This document shows, piece after piece, positions 51,501 through 64,000 of a DNA stretch of 64,000 bases. Within the stretch, counting starts at the first letter, position 1. The number at the start of each line of letters is the position of its first letter. The stretch is from Fimbriosthenelais zetlandica (lineage: Eukaryota), in contig OZ365109.1 in assembly GCA_977030845.1 (NCBI GenBank), positions 58,280,001 to 58,344,000 of the forward strand, read 5' to 3'. The notes under the pieces are model-generated. The model did not search any database, had not been told where the DNA came from, and saw only the letters and a list, made by a program, of their open reading frames with translations. The position numbers were made by a program, and so were the translations under genes.

Positions 51501-54500
51501 TCGATTCTAAAACAGCAGATGAAAATGAAAGAAAAATCCAATGGTTTTATAACGATGCAATGAATCCATTTATTTGAGTAGAACTTTGAGATGCATTTCA
51601 GAATGAAAATGACAGGTAGCTCCCCAAATGTCACAAATCATAAGGAAGCTATACGTGCAGAAAGCAGCATTTTTACGGACCACCCTACCACTACTCTAGA
51701 GCTATAGATTTCCAAGGGCCTATACAGTGGGCAGTGGAGATTACCTCCAGTAGTAAATCACATACTTGTCTTACCAGATATGAGCTCCATGGCTGAAATA
51801 ACCTGGCACTGACAGGGAATCAATGGTCATTTTTTAATGTCCATACCAGCGGGACAGGTCACCACGAGAAGGTCGGGTGCATGTGCTCTACCCAGACGCA
51901 AAATGAATGGCATTTTGCAGGCTTAACACCAACCATTTGGGCGTTGTCATTCGTGTCAGACTCCATACAGTTTCTCGCTCCCACCTTGCCATCGTTTCCC
52001 ACTTGGTCCTTGTCAACTTGCCAGGAATAGTCACGCTGGGTGTGGGGCCATGGCCGGGTTGGCCCCCGGACCACACGTGCCAAAAGCTAAGGCGAAATCA
52101 CAGCAAGCAACTTCCCACAGGTTCGACTTCTCACAGGTGGTCCTCTCTGATTTTAACTGGTTTCTGACATTATCCCACATCTGAAGCAGACGTATTATGA
52201 CCTAATCCCATCCGTACTTTCTCTTTATATACTTCCAAGATCAATAATGGACACATGTCGAAAAATCAATTGCTATGCATAATCATAGATCATCGGCGCA
52301 AAAAATGGTCAATGCTCGGAGACCAAATAAGGCCGTATGGTTCTGTTAAGTTTGGTGCTCCAAATGCAAGGACTTTACAAGTCAGAAAACACATTCAGAG
52401 AACGAGTGCCGTGGCAAAAACTCAACTCTGATGGTGGAGCTCGTCATCAAATAAAACATTAGAGTCTGAGCGCACTTGGTAAGCATGGCACAGCCAGAAG
52501 ACATCACTGGCGGAGTTGGCTCGTTCATAAGAAAGACCCCCATCATGGACTTAATATCCAACACAGGAGACTGACCTATGTGCAAAGTGATGAGATAAAA
52601 TAAATCAACCTGCGTCTTTATTTAATCATGTTAGTTCATACTGCATTTAAAACCATATTGCACCTCAAAACCTTCCATTTCATGATGTATTTTAATGGCT
52701 GCACCAGTGTTGGCTTGGATCTAGCTAGCACAGACAAGCCATTGCAATTAGAGAGGAATATCTTCTCTGCTATCATGACTATGAAAATGAATTACTTAGC
52801 ACCCAATCTATGTAATCAGATAGGGTATATGTTAGAGGTACTAGGATGGTATAATATATACCTGCAATTCTCAACCTGAGACGCCCATCAGGATGCTCTC
52901 TTTTAACATTACAGGTTCATGAGTGCATGGCATTAATTACATCCAAAATTAATTGGCTCAAGTAGAGCTACAAATTAATGAGTATTAATGAAAGCTAATA
53001 AACTTAGTGGCTCGTTATGCATGAGACTGATTGGCAGATAACATTACCTGGACCTACAATTGATGTGCTCTTCATGTAGGATCTAAGAGATTGGATAGAT
53101 TGTCTCGGAGTAAATATAAAGTCAGTTTCATTCACATAATGGAAAGTCTTCATGAGCTCCTGATACTTGAGGTCGGGCACAGACAGCAGAATGGGGGGTC
53201 AGGGAACAGTTACTAGTTAATGTGGGGGGAATTTAGTTCCCATAAGCAGTCTTCAGATTCTCCCTAGCACTGCCAGCAGTATGGGTTAACAAATGTCAGA
53301 CATGTATCCCATTGTCTGTGGTGAGATCCAGATTCATACTTAACCTTAGAGACGGATGGATCCACCGACAGCTTGTTTCCTCATTGTGAGGACAAGACCT
53401 TGGCTATTGCGAGGACGTTAAAAACCAAAAAATCCTTTCTGACATCTGTCCTTTTCAAGAGAGAACATTGTTTAGCTTTCCCCTGACTTGCACGAAATCT
53501 CATTAAGCGATCAATTCCCTGGGTCAGCAATACATTTATCTCTTAGCCTTCTTTTTTGCTTCACTAGATGCGGAGAAGCTAAGATAACTCAATTAGTGAA
53601 GGCGTTGTAGTTAATGATACATGGGACCTTGGCTTCAGTATGTATACAGTGTGAGGAGGTGTGGGGCAGCAGAACATTGTCTCTTTATAATCCCCACAAG
53701 CCACACTTCATTACAGTTCAGCCAGAATTAGACATGCCTCTCTAATTAGTCATAAAATAGCCATATAACAGGCCCACAGCTGGAAACTACCCTCACATAA
53801 AGGTTTGAATCTTCTGAACTGTTCGCTCAATCGATATCTATAGGCCTTAAATCCAGACAGGTCTTAAAGGCATTAAGAGTCAGACGAGTGTATAGGATGG
53901 CCTGTAAATTTATCATTGGCCCACCGAGTTATTGTTGCTAACTGGGTTATCAAATGCCAACCATGTCACTCAGTCATGAGTGGCAGAATGCAATTGAAAA
54001 AGCACAGTTCATCAACGGTGGTTAGGATAAGTTCATAACGTGACGTGAATGTAGATGTTATTCGTTGGGTTATTGAACTCAAACCTAACCACAATCCATA
54101 CGTTTCGTCGCTTGTGTAATGCATACAAAATCACTATGTTCCATATGTTCGTTAGATATGACATGGTGTATAACTGTTAATGAATGGCATATTCAGTCAT
54201 GATTTGTGATTTGTCCAAATCGTGCATTTCACATTACCCTGCTATAGATAAACGAGTCAGCTTCAATTATGCATAATGGAGTGGGAGTGCATATCTGTAG
54301 TGCTGAAAATCAATTGTTTGTAACAGGTTCAATGTTTTTCATTGTATTATCCATCGATATGCTTCACTCTATGAGTTGCCACCAGTTAATTTTCAGGGAG
54401 TCGCAGGTGGCCTCACCCAGTTTAATCTATATCACATTAATAGTCGTTTCACCAGTCTGCTGGATGGTAAGTTAATTTATGTTACATTTAAATTACATTT

Positions 54501-57500
54501 CAGCTGGTTGAATGCTCTCCTTGATTTGGTTACACTCACCGTATGTATATGTGACATTGTTTTGCTTGGATAATGCAGTGCTTGAGAGCACGTGCGGCAT
54601 CGATAAAGGCAGTTGAGGTTTGGTGATATATACATGTAATGTATGTATGCACCTGTCCCTATATTATGTGAGGAAATGCGAACCTATTGTCCAAAAGGAG
54701 CAATATGGCAGGCTATTGTTGTTTTTGTCACCAGAGTTACAAGTGTGCCATTTCAAAGAAAGAGGTCTGACTCCTGACGTTCGATATGATAAATGTAATA
54801 AATGCATTATGTAAAATGACCTATACGCTTTTGCCTAGTTTACACTATGTTCTATTTTCCACGCGTTTGTCTGAAACGTACTGGAACTTGGAATTTCTCT
54901 TTAATTTTCAATTCTGACCAAGCTTTTTGAACAAGATTAGTTAGGTTATGTGACAGTCTATAACGGTAATAATCAGAGTCCTGAGTCCTGAGGATTCAAA
55001 GTCCACTAAGTTTAGGTGGGGTCAACTATGCAAGGTCTACCACAAATGCCATGACGTTCCCTAAGGTTACCTTAAGTTCTTTCAAGTTCCCTCACCATAA
55101 TCAGGTTTCCCAAGTTAAAGAAGGATATTAAAGGTCACTATGGATAAACGTGGATTCAGGGCAGGTTTGGGTACGTTTTGACCCTGGCAGCAGTCAAAAT
55201 CATCAAGGTATGTCACGTTTTCCCTTGCCATCCTCCCAGGTTCCCTCAGGTGCTTACACGTTTATCCCGTTTCAAACAAACGTGGAGAACGTGGAACAAT
55301 TGAATATAGTATAAACCATGCATCACACTGGCAGTATGAGAAAAATGGCAATGGGTTAAACTGTATGTAAAATAGTATGATGTATATCTAGGGCTACATT
55401 ATACAATATTGGTATCAGGTGGGACTTCCTTAGATTTTTTTTATTTGTCCTGGACTTCTGTTCTGACTTGCAGTATTTTGAAGTCAGTAAGTAAAGTGCA
55501 GCAGCCGAAGCAGGAAGGAAGTGCCTTTACTAGTGAGACAAAAGGTCCTCACAAACACCTAGATGGGAGAGTGAATGATCTAACCCTGCAAGCCATTTAT
55601 CAAATGTACCTGGATCCAAAGGCCAAATCCACCTTGTGAGCAATTCTCACATGACCATTTTATTTTCTCATTGCAAGGGAAATTTATTTTTATGAACGCG
55701 GACGCAGGTTTTATGAGGGACAGAAAGATCCTTTCTCATCCCAGGGAAAATCTACAGAGTGGAAGTGGACCATTGGAGGAGCCGGAGCAGGCCATGGTTA
55801 TGAGAGGTGAGAGAGTGGGGTGAGAGGGGAGAATGGCAGGTGTTATAGCGGCAAGGTTTGCTCACCACCATTTGTTATGACGGACATCTGACCAGGTGAG
55901 TCATAAAACCCCAACCTGGCGAGGAGCTGCTCGGCATAAAAACCACATACCTCTACCACACAAGGTCTTAATCACGGCTCCTGTCATCAGCCAGGGGAAA
56001 ATAAGTCCATTAGAAGCAAAGAGCGCCGACCTAAGAGAGAGCATCGGTCCAGAGAGCAGCTCATGAGGACAGGCCTTGTCATGGTGAGGCCGTGAGCAGG
56101 TTATTTACACGGGGACCTGGCGGGCCTTGGGCGGGCGATACTACTTAAATATTGGATAAAGAAGAGGCGGGATGAGTCGGAGGAGTGAGAGAAAGCTGAT
56201 GGCTTTATAGTAAAACAATCACGATTTATGCTAAAGTGAGTAGCCCTAAGTTCCGCCCAACAACAAAAGTACATTTAAGGATTATGTGAGAAATTGTGAT
56301 GATTCTGGGTGTGGGGGTGGAGGGGGGGGGGGGGGGTGTTTTTGAGGGATGTGTGTATTCTGAGGTGTGGGTATATAGAGAGGGGGGAGAAGTGCCAGCC
56401 TCATGAATGATAATGGGTGTGGGATTAGGAAAATGAGATGGGATATACTGGCACTTCCAGGAGGATATCATAGTCTTGGATAGAGTCAATACGTTAACTA
56501 TATATTATACATATTATATGCATGGTATAGATAATATTTAGATAGAACTCATTGCACCGATCCATCGCTATTAATTTTTTGAGACAGCGACAACTAGTAT
56601 AGCCCTTTAACGTCCATCGTCATGAATCTAATCATTGAAAATAAGAACAAAATGTAAATATTATCAATGATATTAATAAACGTATCTTACATTATCAAGC
56701 AATAATAAAGAACAAGTCCGTATATGTTTTGCAACGGATTGTTTTGTGTATGGTAACATATTTGACCAACTTATTATAATAGCTCTTTCTATAAGGGCCG
56801 GAGGTCTTTTAAACGTCAGTCATGAGTTTGAAGAAGCACATCAACGAACCCAAGGTTGAATCATCAACTAAAAGCGATACTTTTTTTTTTTTTTTTTTTA
56901 TCTTATATCATTGTAAGCCAATCCAGGTGATGTACAAGGTTTCAATGTTCTCTCTCCCCCCACGGCATTTTAACTCGGCACTCACAAAAAAATAAAAGAA
57001 TACATCGCCTATACAGATGTGTGTCACATCACCACTGCAATAATTATAGATATCTGCTTACTCGTCTGGATCAAACGTAAAATGTGAGAAAACATGTTGG
57101 CGAGAGAATAACAGTGCCTTATTTATTATTCAGGCGCGATAAGTATACACAAGATCAGCGAAAGAAATAATGTATAGGTAGGTGTATGTAATGATGCAGT
57201 ACAAATGCAAGAGATGCGGCGACCAGAATAACAGGCAAGATGTGGCAAATGAACTGTGAAAGCGTAGATGCAACTTTTATATCATTAATTTAGGGGACAA
57301 AAATAAAATAAAAAATCACTCAGAAGGTAAGAAATTCAACTATAGCGTGAATATTAGGTTTCCCGTAATTTTAACATTGAACAATATTAATAATTATTAT
57401 CTTTACTGTGATAATAATGATTATTATCATGATATTCATATGGAATGGTTTTCCCCCCAAACCCCGCCCTCAAAATAGGAAACGATTTACTTTTGGACGA

Positions 57501-58934
57501 TAAAATACGAAAGACAGGGAGAATCTGCACGGGTGGAAGAAGGACTAAGACAGAGTCACAGGTGTTCTGGTGTTGGAAACACGATACCCCTGGGTAGTAA
57601 AGGTAATCCCCTGAATAATTAACGTTAAGAATAAAATACCATCTAATTTCCATTATCCCGGGAAGACTCGTTATTATTAGAGTTCCATTGGCTTTCCCTA
57701 GAGAGGTGGCCTCATTTTACGCTTCAAATGAAAAGCTATTTCTCTCTTTCTTCCTCTCTTTATTCAAGCTATACCTCTTATAGGTCCGACTATTTATCCG
57801 ACTGCACAAGGGAGAATACATGGGAGTGTGGTGTGGGGAACCTCTGGGTTAGGACAATTGGATGAGTTGTCTGCAGAAAATTACTAGAGTCTGACCAATG
57901 GATCCATGCAGTGTCCAGCAGAATGGGTCCCTTGCTGGGTCCTTTACAGTAAGTCCCTCTGCCAATTTTGCAACCCGATCTGTATGAACTAATTATTTCT
58001 CTATTGCCACAAATCGTCAGATATTTTGCTATCAAGAAAATGAATATTCCAACGGAACAAAAATGGGAATCTCCAAGAAAAGTTTGCAAAAGATTCGATA
58101 AATTAAGTAGATCTGAACTCTTATAGTCTTTAGTCAAAGCTCTTGGAGTCCAGTGTTTAAAGCTTAAATCAAATGAAATTAATAACCCTCTAGATAATAC
58201 TATAATCAATACTGGCCCATGGATAAAAGAAAGAGGACATGCCAGCAATGCTGAGGGCCAAGGTGACTTAGGTAGTTTATGACTGTTAGGACATTTCTTA
58301 TTTGGCAAAGTTGGCAGACGTGGACTATAGCCAGATTCCCCAGTCGACTGGTCTCACTGGTGCTTAGTAGGAAAAGCGTGGTGTTCCGCTGGCTGGATTT
58401 AGAGGCAGGAAGAAGAGGAGGAATGGTCGGGTCATGAACGCTTCCCGCGGGTCCACCAGCACCTGTGACCCGTCTTTATCACATATAACCTCTCCAGGGG
58501 CTAATACCGTTACCTTGACAACGGCAGTCTTAAAGCCAGAAGAAACAAAGGCAGCTGAAAATAGAGGGGCCCCGTGGTATTTGGTCCTAATGTCAATGCC
58601 GCCCGATTTAATCAGATCAATAGCAAAGAAATGTGTCTTAGCAATGACTGCGGGCGACAAGGAGGCAATGGATATGTTTTGTATAGGGGGAATAGCGAAA
58701 GTGGGATGGGTGTGTTCTATGGTGTGAAGAATGTCTGGCTATATGTATGTCATCATTATTATCCGTGTTCCCTGGGGACGCAAGCTACAGGGGGAGAATC
58801 ATACGGTTGCTTTTCCCTATGGGAGTTAAGAATGATCTAATTATAAAAATGGATGGGTGGATGGACTGATGGATGGGGGACTGTGTCAAATGAAAGTACA
58901 TGTAAGCCTATCTGAGGTCGATGCCTGAATTAAC

Positions 58935-59010
58935 GAACGAATGAATGAGGGGAGGAATGAAGGAATGAATGAATGAAGGAAGGAAGGAATGAATGAAGGA
59001 AGGAAGGAAC
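58935..59010 (+). repeat. Compound (GAAT)n/(GAAG)n microsatellite
   Basis: gaatgaatga...gaaggaaggaaggaatgaatgaaggaaggaaggaac. Confidence 0.85.
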
Positions 59011-60779
59011 AGGGAACAGCTTCTGATCAGTTACGGCAGAATGTACATAGCGAAAGACAGAAAAAAATATATTTGCAATCATATAACCCTCACATTACAA
59101 AGGGTAGTAGAGCTGACAAAAAATGCAATAATTCATAGCCTACTCAGTGAAGCAAACAATATAGGAATATGGATATCTCTTTCCTTTACATATATGACAT
59201 TTCAAAGACCAACATGAAAGGAATGCTTTATAGATCTAACAACTCTCTTAGTCACTTTAAGATATTTTTATGGTCAGATCTATACTGTCAGGAATATTAT
59301 GGAGTGGCATTTTTTGGCCAGTATAGGTTTACATAAAGGGAGAATGAAAGGTCAGTCCGCCAGGCGCAAGAAAAAAATATGAAATAGGGGATTCTTGATT
59401 CTTTTAGGTAAAACCTTCCAGTCAGATAAGAAAGATATTACAAAGGTTGTTATGTAGACCAGTTTATCTCTTATATGCCACAACATTCTGCAATAAATTA
59501 GCAATAGAAGGCCCCCTGGAGAATAATACATTTCACTGCAGGTGTTCTTCTGTCATTTAAACGGCCTACAGGTGCTTGCATGCCGAACTCTCTACTCACT
59601 CTCCCCATTTGCCAAATCTGCCTGCAGGTCCTGCATATCAAGGAGTCCTTCACAATGAGTAAATTTAATAATTTTCTAAGACGTAACAGCCATTGAAATT
59701 GATTCAATATGCAAAACATCAGAAAAATCCCAGTTGAACCAAATACAGCATTTTCCATCATCCATTTTCCTTTATAACACTTGGCAACGAAGAATTTCCT
59801 AATAATTCTTTATTGGCGGCCTTTGAAGGAAATAAGGAATGAGAAGCGGGAAATATTAAGACACATTGGTACTCCTAAGGACGTGATGAATAAACCAGAA
59901 CCAATATAAAGAAGGAAACGAGCATCGCTAACTTCAGACCTTCAATAATTAATGGCAAACCCACAGAAAAGCTCAAAAGGGACGACAAAATCAGACTATT
60001 TCCATCGAATATATTCAAAGCGAAGGGTATATAATATAGGATATTCCAGCATTGCAATCATCAGTGTATGCAACCACTCTGATCAGGACTTCAAACATAT
60101 TCCCAAAGATCTTTAGAGCTTCATTTCCCAAACTGGTTTTTGGAGATGAGGTGGGAGTGTGTTCTGTTATGCCGAACGAACCATATCTTAATACTCATAA
60201 ATAAAATAAATAAAAAAAACTCCCTCCCCCTGAGATACACATACACTGACATAGGTATGCCTATATAGCGTCATATCAGGTCTGGCCCATCAGACATTTA
60301 CATGGGAAATACACGTCACTTTGGAGTAATATATCCTTCGGGATTACACCCCAAGTGTATATGCCCTGATATGAGGATATCAGAAATTTGACATTTTGGA
60401 ATTTTGAGGAATTCCCTCATGCTATATTTTACATCATTCAACTGGCATCTGGTCTGTGATCCGAGACATTTCCCTCCCACTGAGTGTAGTTTTATTAGAT
60501 CAACGTATTTTGTTGGGTTCTTTAAAAAAATGCTACGGGCTTAGTTATCAGCTATTGAAAGAAAAAGTGACATTGAAAAGAAAGCCTTATATCAGTCCAC
60601 TATTTTCAATTGATACATTTCTTTCTTCTTTTTTTGCTATTCTTTGGTGGGGGAGGGGGGAATAATTATGACTAAATAAGATATATGACACCGTATAATG
60701 CATCTCTCCCAATGTCATGCAATATTCACGTAAACCAAAATTAGTCCTATCCTTTCTCTATCAGGGATATTACATTGTT

Positions 60780-61450
60780 GGGAGGTGGGAGGAGGAGGAG
60801 GTGGTGGGCTGGGAGTGGGGGTTCTGCCCCTGGCATGTCCAATGGCAATCAAAGATTTGCGGCGTGTAACCATATACTACTTCCTCACCAGGAGTAGCAG
60901 GGTCGGGGTCAATGTCGCGTAAGAAAGCGTTGAGGGTGACCCGGAAGCAGTCGGTACTATTCGGTTCATGCGCAACACGCACGTGAAAACGCCGGCAGGG
61001 ATGGAAGCCGTGAAGGCCTCCAAGACAAACAAAAAATCCAGCAGCGGGAAGGAGTGTGAAGAAATGACACCACCAATTGGGAATTATAAGGTGTAGCTTT
61101 TATAAGACGAAAAAATACTACGAAAAAGGATAAATTTAATATCGTCTTCCACAGGGGCAATGTTCTTTGAGACATAATGACGCGTGCCACAGGAAGAAAA
61201 CACAAGTGGCGATTAGGCAACTCAACGTTGGAATAATAAATGTAAACGGAGCAAACTAAAAAAAAAGAAAAGACTGAATGATGAAAATGATCCTTATGAG
61301 ATCCTGCTTCTCTATATGAGAAGTAGGATCCATGTTTCCCATCGGCATCGTTTAGGCTTATGCTAGGGAGATGGCACCATGCGCGCTGAGCGTGAAGTTT
61401 CAATGTCCTCTCATATTCAGGACACATTAACAGTATCCCTAGTGTCAAAA
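60780..61450 (-). promoter_or_regulatory. CpG-rich segment; candidate 5' exon or promoter of the CSPG4-like gene
   Basis: Visibly high CpG density for this window. Contains ATG(60969)-MNRIVPTASGSPSTLSYATLTPTLLLL followed by a CTG|gtgagg donor, but in phase 0, which does not join directly to the phase-1 exon at 25842. Confidence 0.25.
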
Positions 61451-64000
61451 CGGAAGGAACCCATATTTCTCTTCACATATCAAATGTCAGCAGTGCAGAA
61501 ATCATATCAGAATCCTAGGTAGTTTTTAACCATGGCTCCTGCGTTAAATAATGGCACCAATGGATCATGACAATAAGCATAGCTCGAGAGATATCTCGAA
61601 ATCTGCAAATCATGCAGAGATGTCAAGGGTGTGTCGGAATCGGGCCTTTTATAAAACAAATGAGAAAATGTTGGCAACTATTTCCATTGTTCTTTATGAA
61701 AAGGCCGGAGCTTTTAGAACTTGGAGACAATACATTAATGATTTTGCTAACTGAAACTGTTAGCCGGAAAGAATCAATGTTTCAGACGTTGACTGTCAAC
61801 GTGGTGAGATGATATTTCCAATAGATGTAACATCTTGACAGGGTGCCATGCTCCGTGTGATAGAGCCATCTCTGCCTGCCTGACAGGCCATGTATTTTGC
61901 ACGTGTTGGCCTTGACGTATACGTACATTATGGATGGTTTGGGTTCCCCTCATATACAGGCCTCAGGCCCATCAATAATCCTAGATCAAAGCAGGCATTG
62001 GACACTCATAGGAACATCAAGGGTTTATGTGTGATTATATGGGTATGGGTAATCGTGATTTTCTGATTTTTTTTATGGACAAAAAGCGACAAACAACAAT
62101 ACAGGGCAATAATAATTACACTGTATTCTGGCCTATCCTATACATATAGTTCATTTACATCGTCAAGCTTAAGCCAACACTGCTCTGAAAATATTCAGTA
62201 TTTTGTCCCTTACACTGCACAAAGTCCAGATTTTTGGAGTTGGGCATGTATAGAGTTTTGTAGGCCTACAGCAGATTAGGGTTCAATCTCACGCAGGTTG
62301 GAAGTAAAAGGCAAATTCAGAAATCCTGGGTGTGCATTCTGCTTGGTGTAGAACACTAATTAGGATAGATGACCTATTGTATGACATATTACGAAGCCAT
62401 CATATAATTCCCTTTCAATGCACCAAGCATGGAATACGACTGTCCTGCATGACAAACATGCAAAAGAAGAACAAAGGATTAAAGATCCAAGGATAAAATA
62501 ACATAATGCTAAAGGCTGAACTGAGGAGCATCAAAGACAAATAATATCCAATTTGATTTCAGGCAAAACATTTCTTTTCTTAATCCCTCATACATGTTCA
62601 CATATTTCCGGCATATTGGAGCTTATGATATTATGTCATATTAAAAAGGTCACACCTTATTCTAAATCCTCAAGGGAGTAGTGAAGCATCCTCATTTGTT
62701 AATGCTTATCCAATAGTTCTCTCTCTTGAAATGCATATTTTGTACGGAGATGGCATATCCAATCGCAATCTATGACATATGATGGAACAGTGCTCGCCAC
62801 TGATTGATGAAGAAATGCCAAGGGAGGCACATAGGCGGAAGAAAAATAGACATATCACCAAAACAGATCTGTCAGTCAACAGGCAAGCTTCGCTTAGAGA
62901 AGGACATGTATGAGCAAGGCCCTATCCTAGACTGTGAAAAATATGAATAAAATATCATTTAAATGTCTACATTCCCTGCCTGAAGCATCATAATACATAT
63001 ACTGTATAACCCATATATGGAGAGGATTTATGTGTGAAAATGGTGGCTAGATATAGGGGTAAAATATATGTTAAAGTTTCTACAAGACATGTAGAGAAGG
63101 ATATATCAGTCTATAAAGACATGCACATTATTAAAGTTTTCAGACGAGTTTTACAGTATATAATTAAATCATTTAAATGAACAGGGATTTAAATACAAAT
63201 GGAAGAATATGAGTATTATATGAATATTGAGATGTTTTAATCGCAGACTGTCAGCTGCAGGACGTCTTTATGGTATTTTATGTACGCATGCACTGCACTC
63301 ATAATTATATGACAACGTATAGCCTAAATCACCACCTGATAATACAGTAATAGGCTACTGGTGACCTGACACCTCAAAATAATAGATAGCTCTACAGGGA
63401 AATACACAAGAAAATGATGATCCTCTCGATAAGTCAAACAACCATCCAAACTGGACATGCATACCAAAATATCAATGATCTTGAAAAAATAAACCTTTAG
63501 ATATGGTCCGAGTATTTCAAGCAATTTCCATGGCTTTGTCGCATCTGAATCATTTTTTTCATGGGAAAAAACCTCTATTATCCTTTCTATTATAATATGT
63601 CAATGCCCTTAAAGACAAAATAAAATAAAGCTATAGGAAGTATGGCTTCTGTATGTACTTATAATATACTTGGCTTCGTTGTAGCATGTTAGATATAGAC
63701 GGGCAGATTTGCCATAGCTGCGGGATCGAAGTTTGACGTATGAATTGTCAGAGCTTACGCCATCAAGATGAGCGCTGGAGGGAAGGAGCAAGTCTTATTG
63801 GAGCTGGTGGTGAGCCCGGGAGAAGATATCCAAATCATGAGTGTATTACAGTAAATAAGGCCAATGTCCAGCCAGATGATGATGTTGCTTGACAGGCCGA
63901 CATAGCTCATCATTTCCGCTGCCCAGTACGGCTAGCCAGTCGTATTAAAATGAGCAACTCAGAGAAATCTGGCCACTTTTTAAGGGAGCAGCTCCCTGTA

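Noticed and set aside
51775-51790. gccATGG...G|gtaag mini-exon (MELIS) as CSPG4 exon 1
   Set aside because: Phase-compatible with a good Kozak context, but only 5 codons and no signal peptide for a type I membrane protein.
57233-57247. AGGCAAGATGTGGCA resembling miR-31
   Set aside because: It has a deletion and a divergent 3' end relative to miR-31, and no complementary star arm nearby.
57790-58308. 172-aa minus-strand ORF
   Set aside because: No recognisable homology or motif, and no supporting exon structure.
60966-61448. 160-aa ORF containing signal-peptide-like MSQRTLPLWKTILNLSFFVVFFRLIKA
   Set aside because: The hydrophobicity comes from T-rich sequence, and no phase-1 GT donor follows to join it to the LamG exon.

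Overview
Animal genomic DNA, AT-rich and intron-dominated; probably a marine invertebrate, but that is inference only. There are no prokaryotic features such as operons or CRISPR. One protein-coding gene is supported: a minus-strand CSPG4/NG2/Kon-tiki-family proteoglycan. It has two giant exons. Exon 21217-25842 encodes 2 laminin-G domains, an EGF-like module and CSPG repeats 1-10. Exon 1-2658 encodes repeats 10-15, a transmembrane helix and a cytoplasmic tail that runs off the window start. An 18.6-kb intron separates them. The signal-peptide exon could not be placed. The remaining ~57 kb is non-coding. Its most structured region is 32511-35410: a 145-bp segment is duplicated, and the second copy is split at one point by a 2454-bp insertion without a target-site duplication. 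The insertion has an asymmetric 12-bp inverted repeat, two tandem hairpin-type right ends, three tRNA-like Pol III heads and GATA-rich repeats, which suggests a Helentron/Helitron2-like composite element with its empty site preserved 300 bp away. Also present are a Tc1-type MITE family (2 copies), homotypic motif clusters (5x AACGTG; tandem CSL sites), a foldback with a UUCG loop, and strong enrichment of TACATGTA. All translations, alignments and counts were done by eye; no database searches were run.
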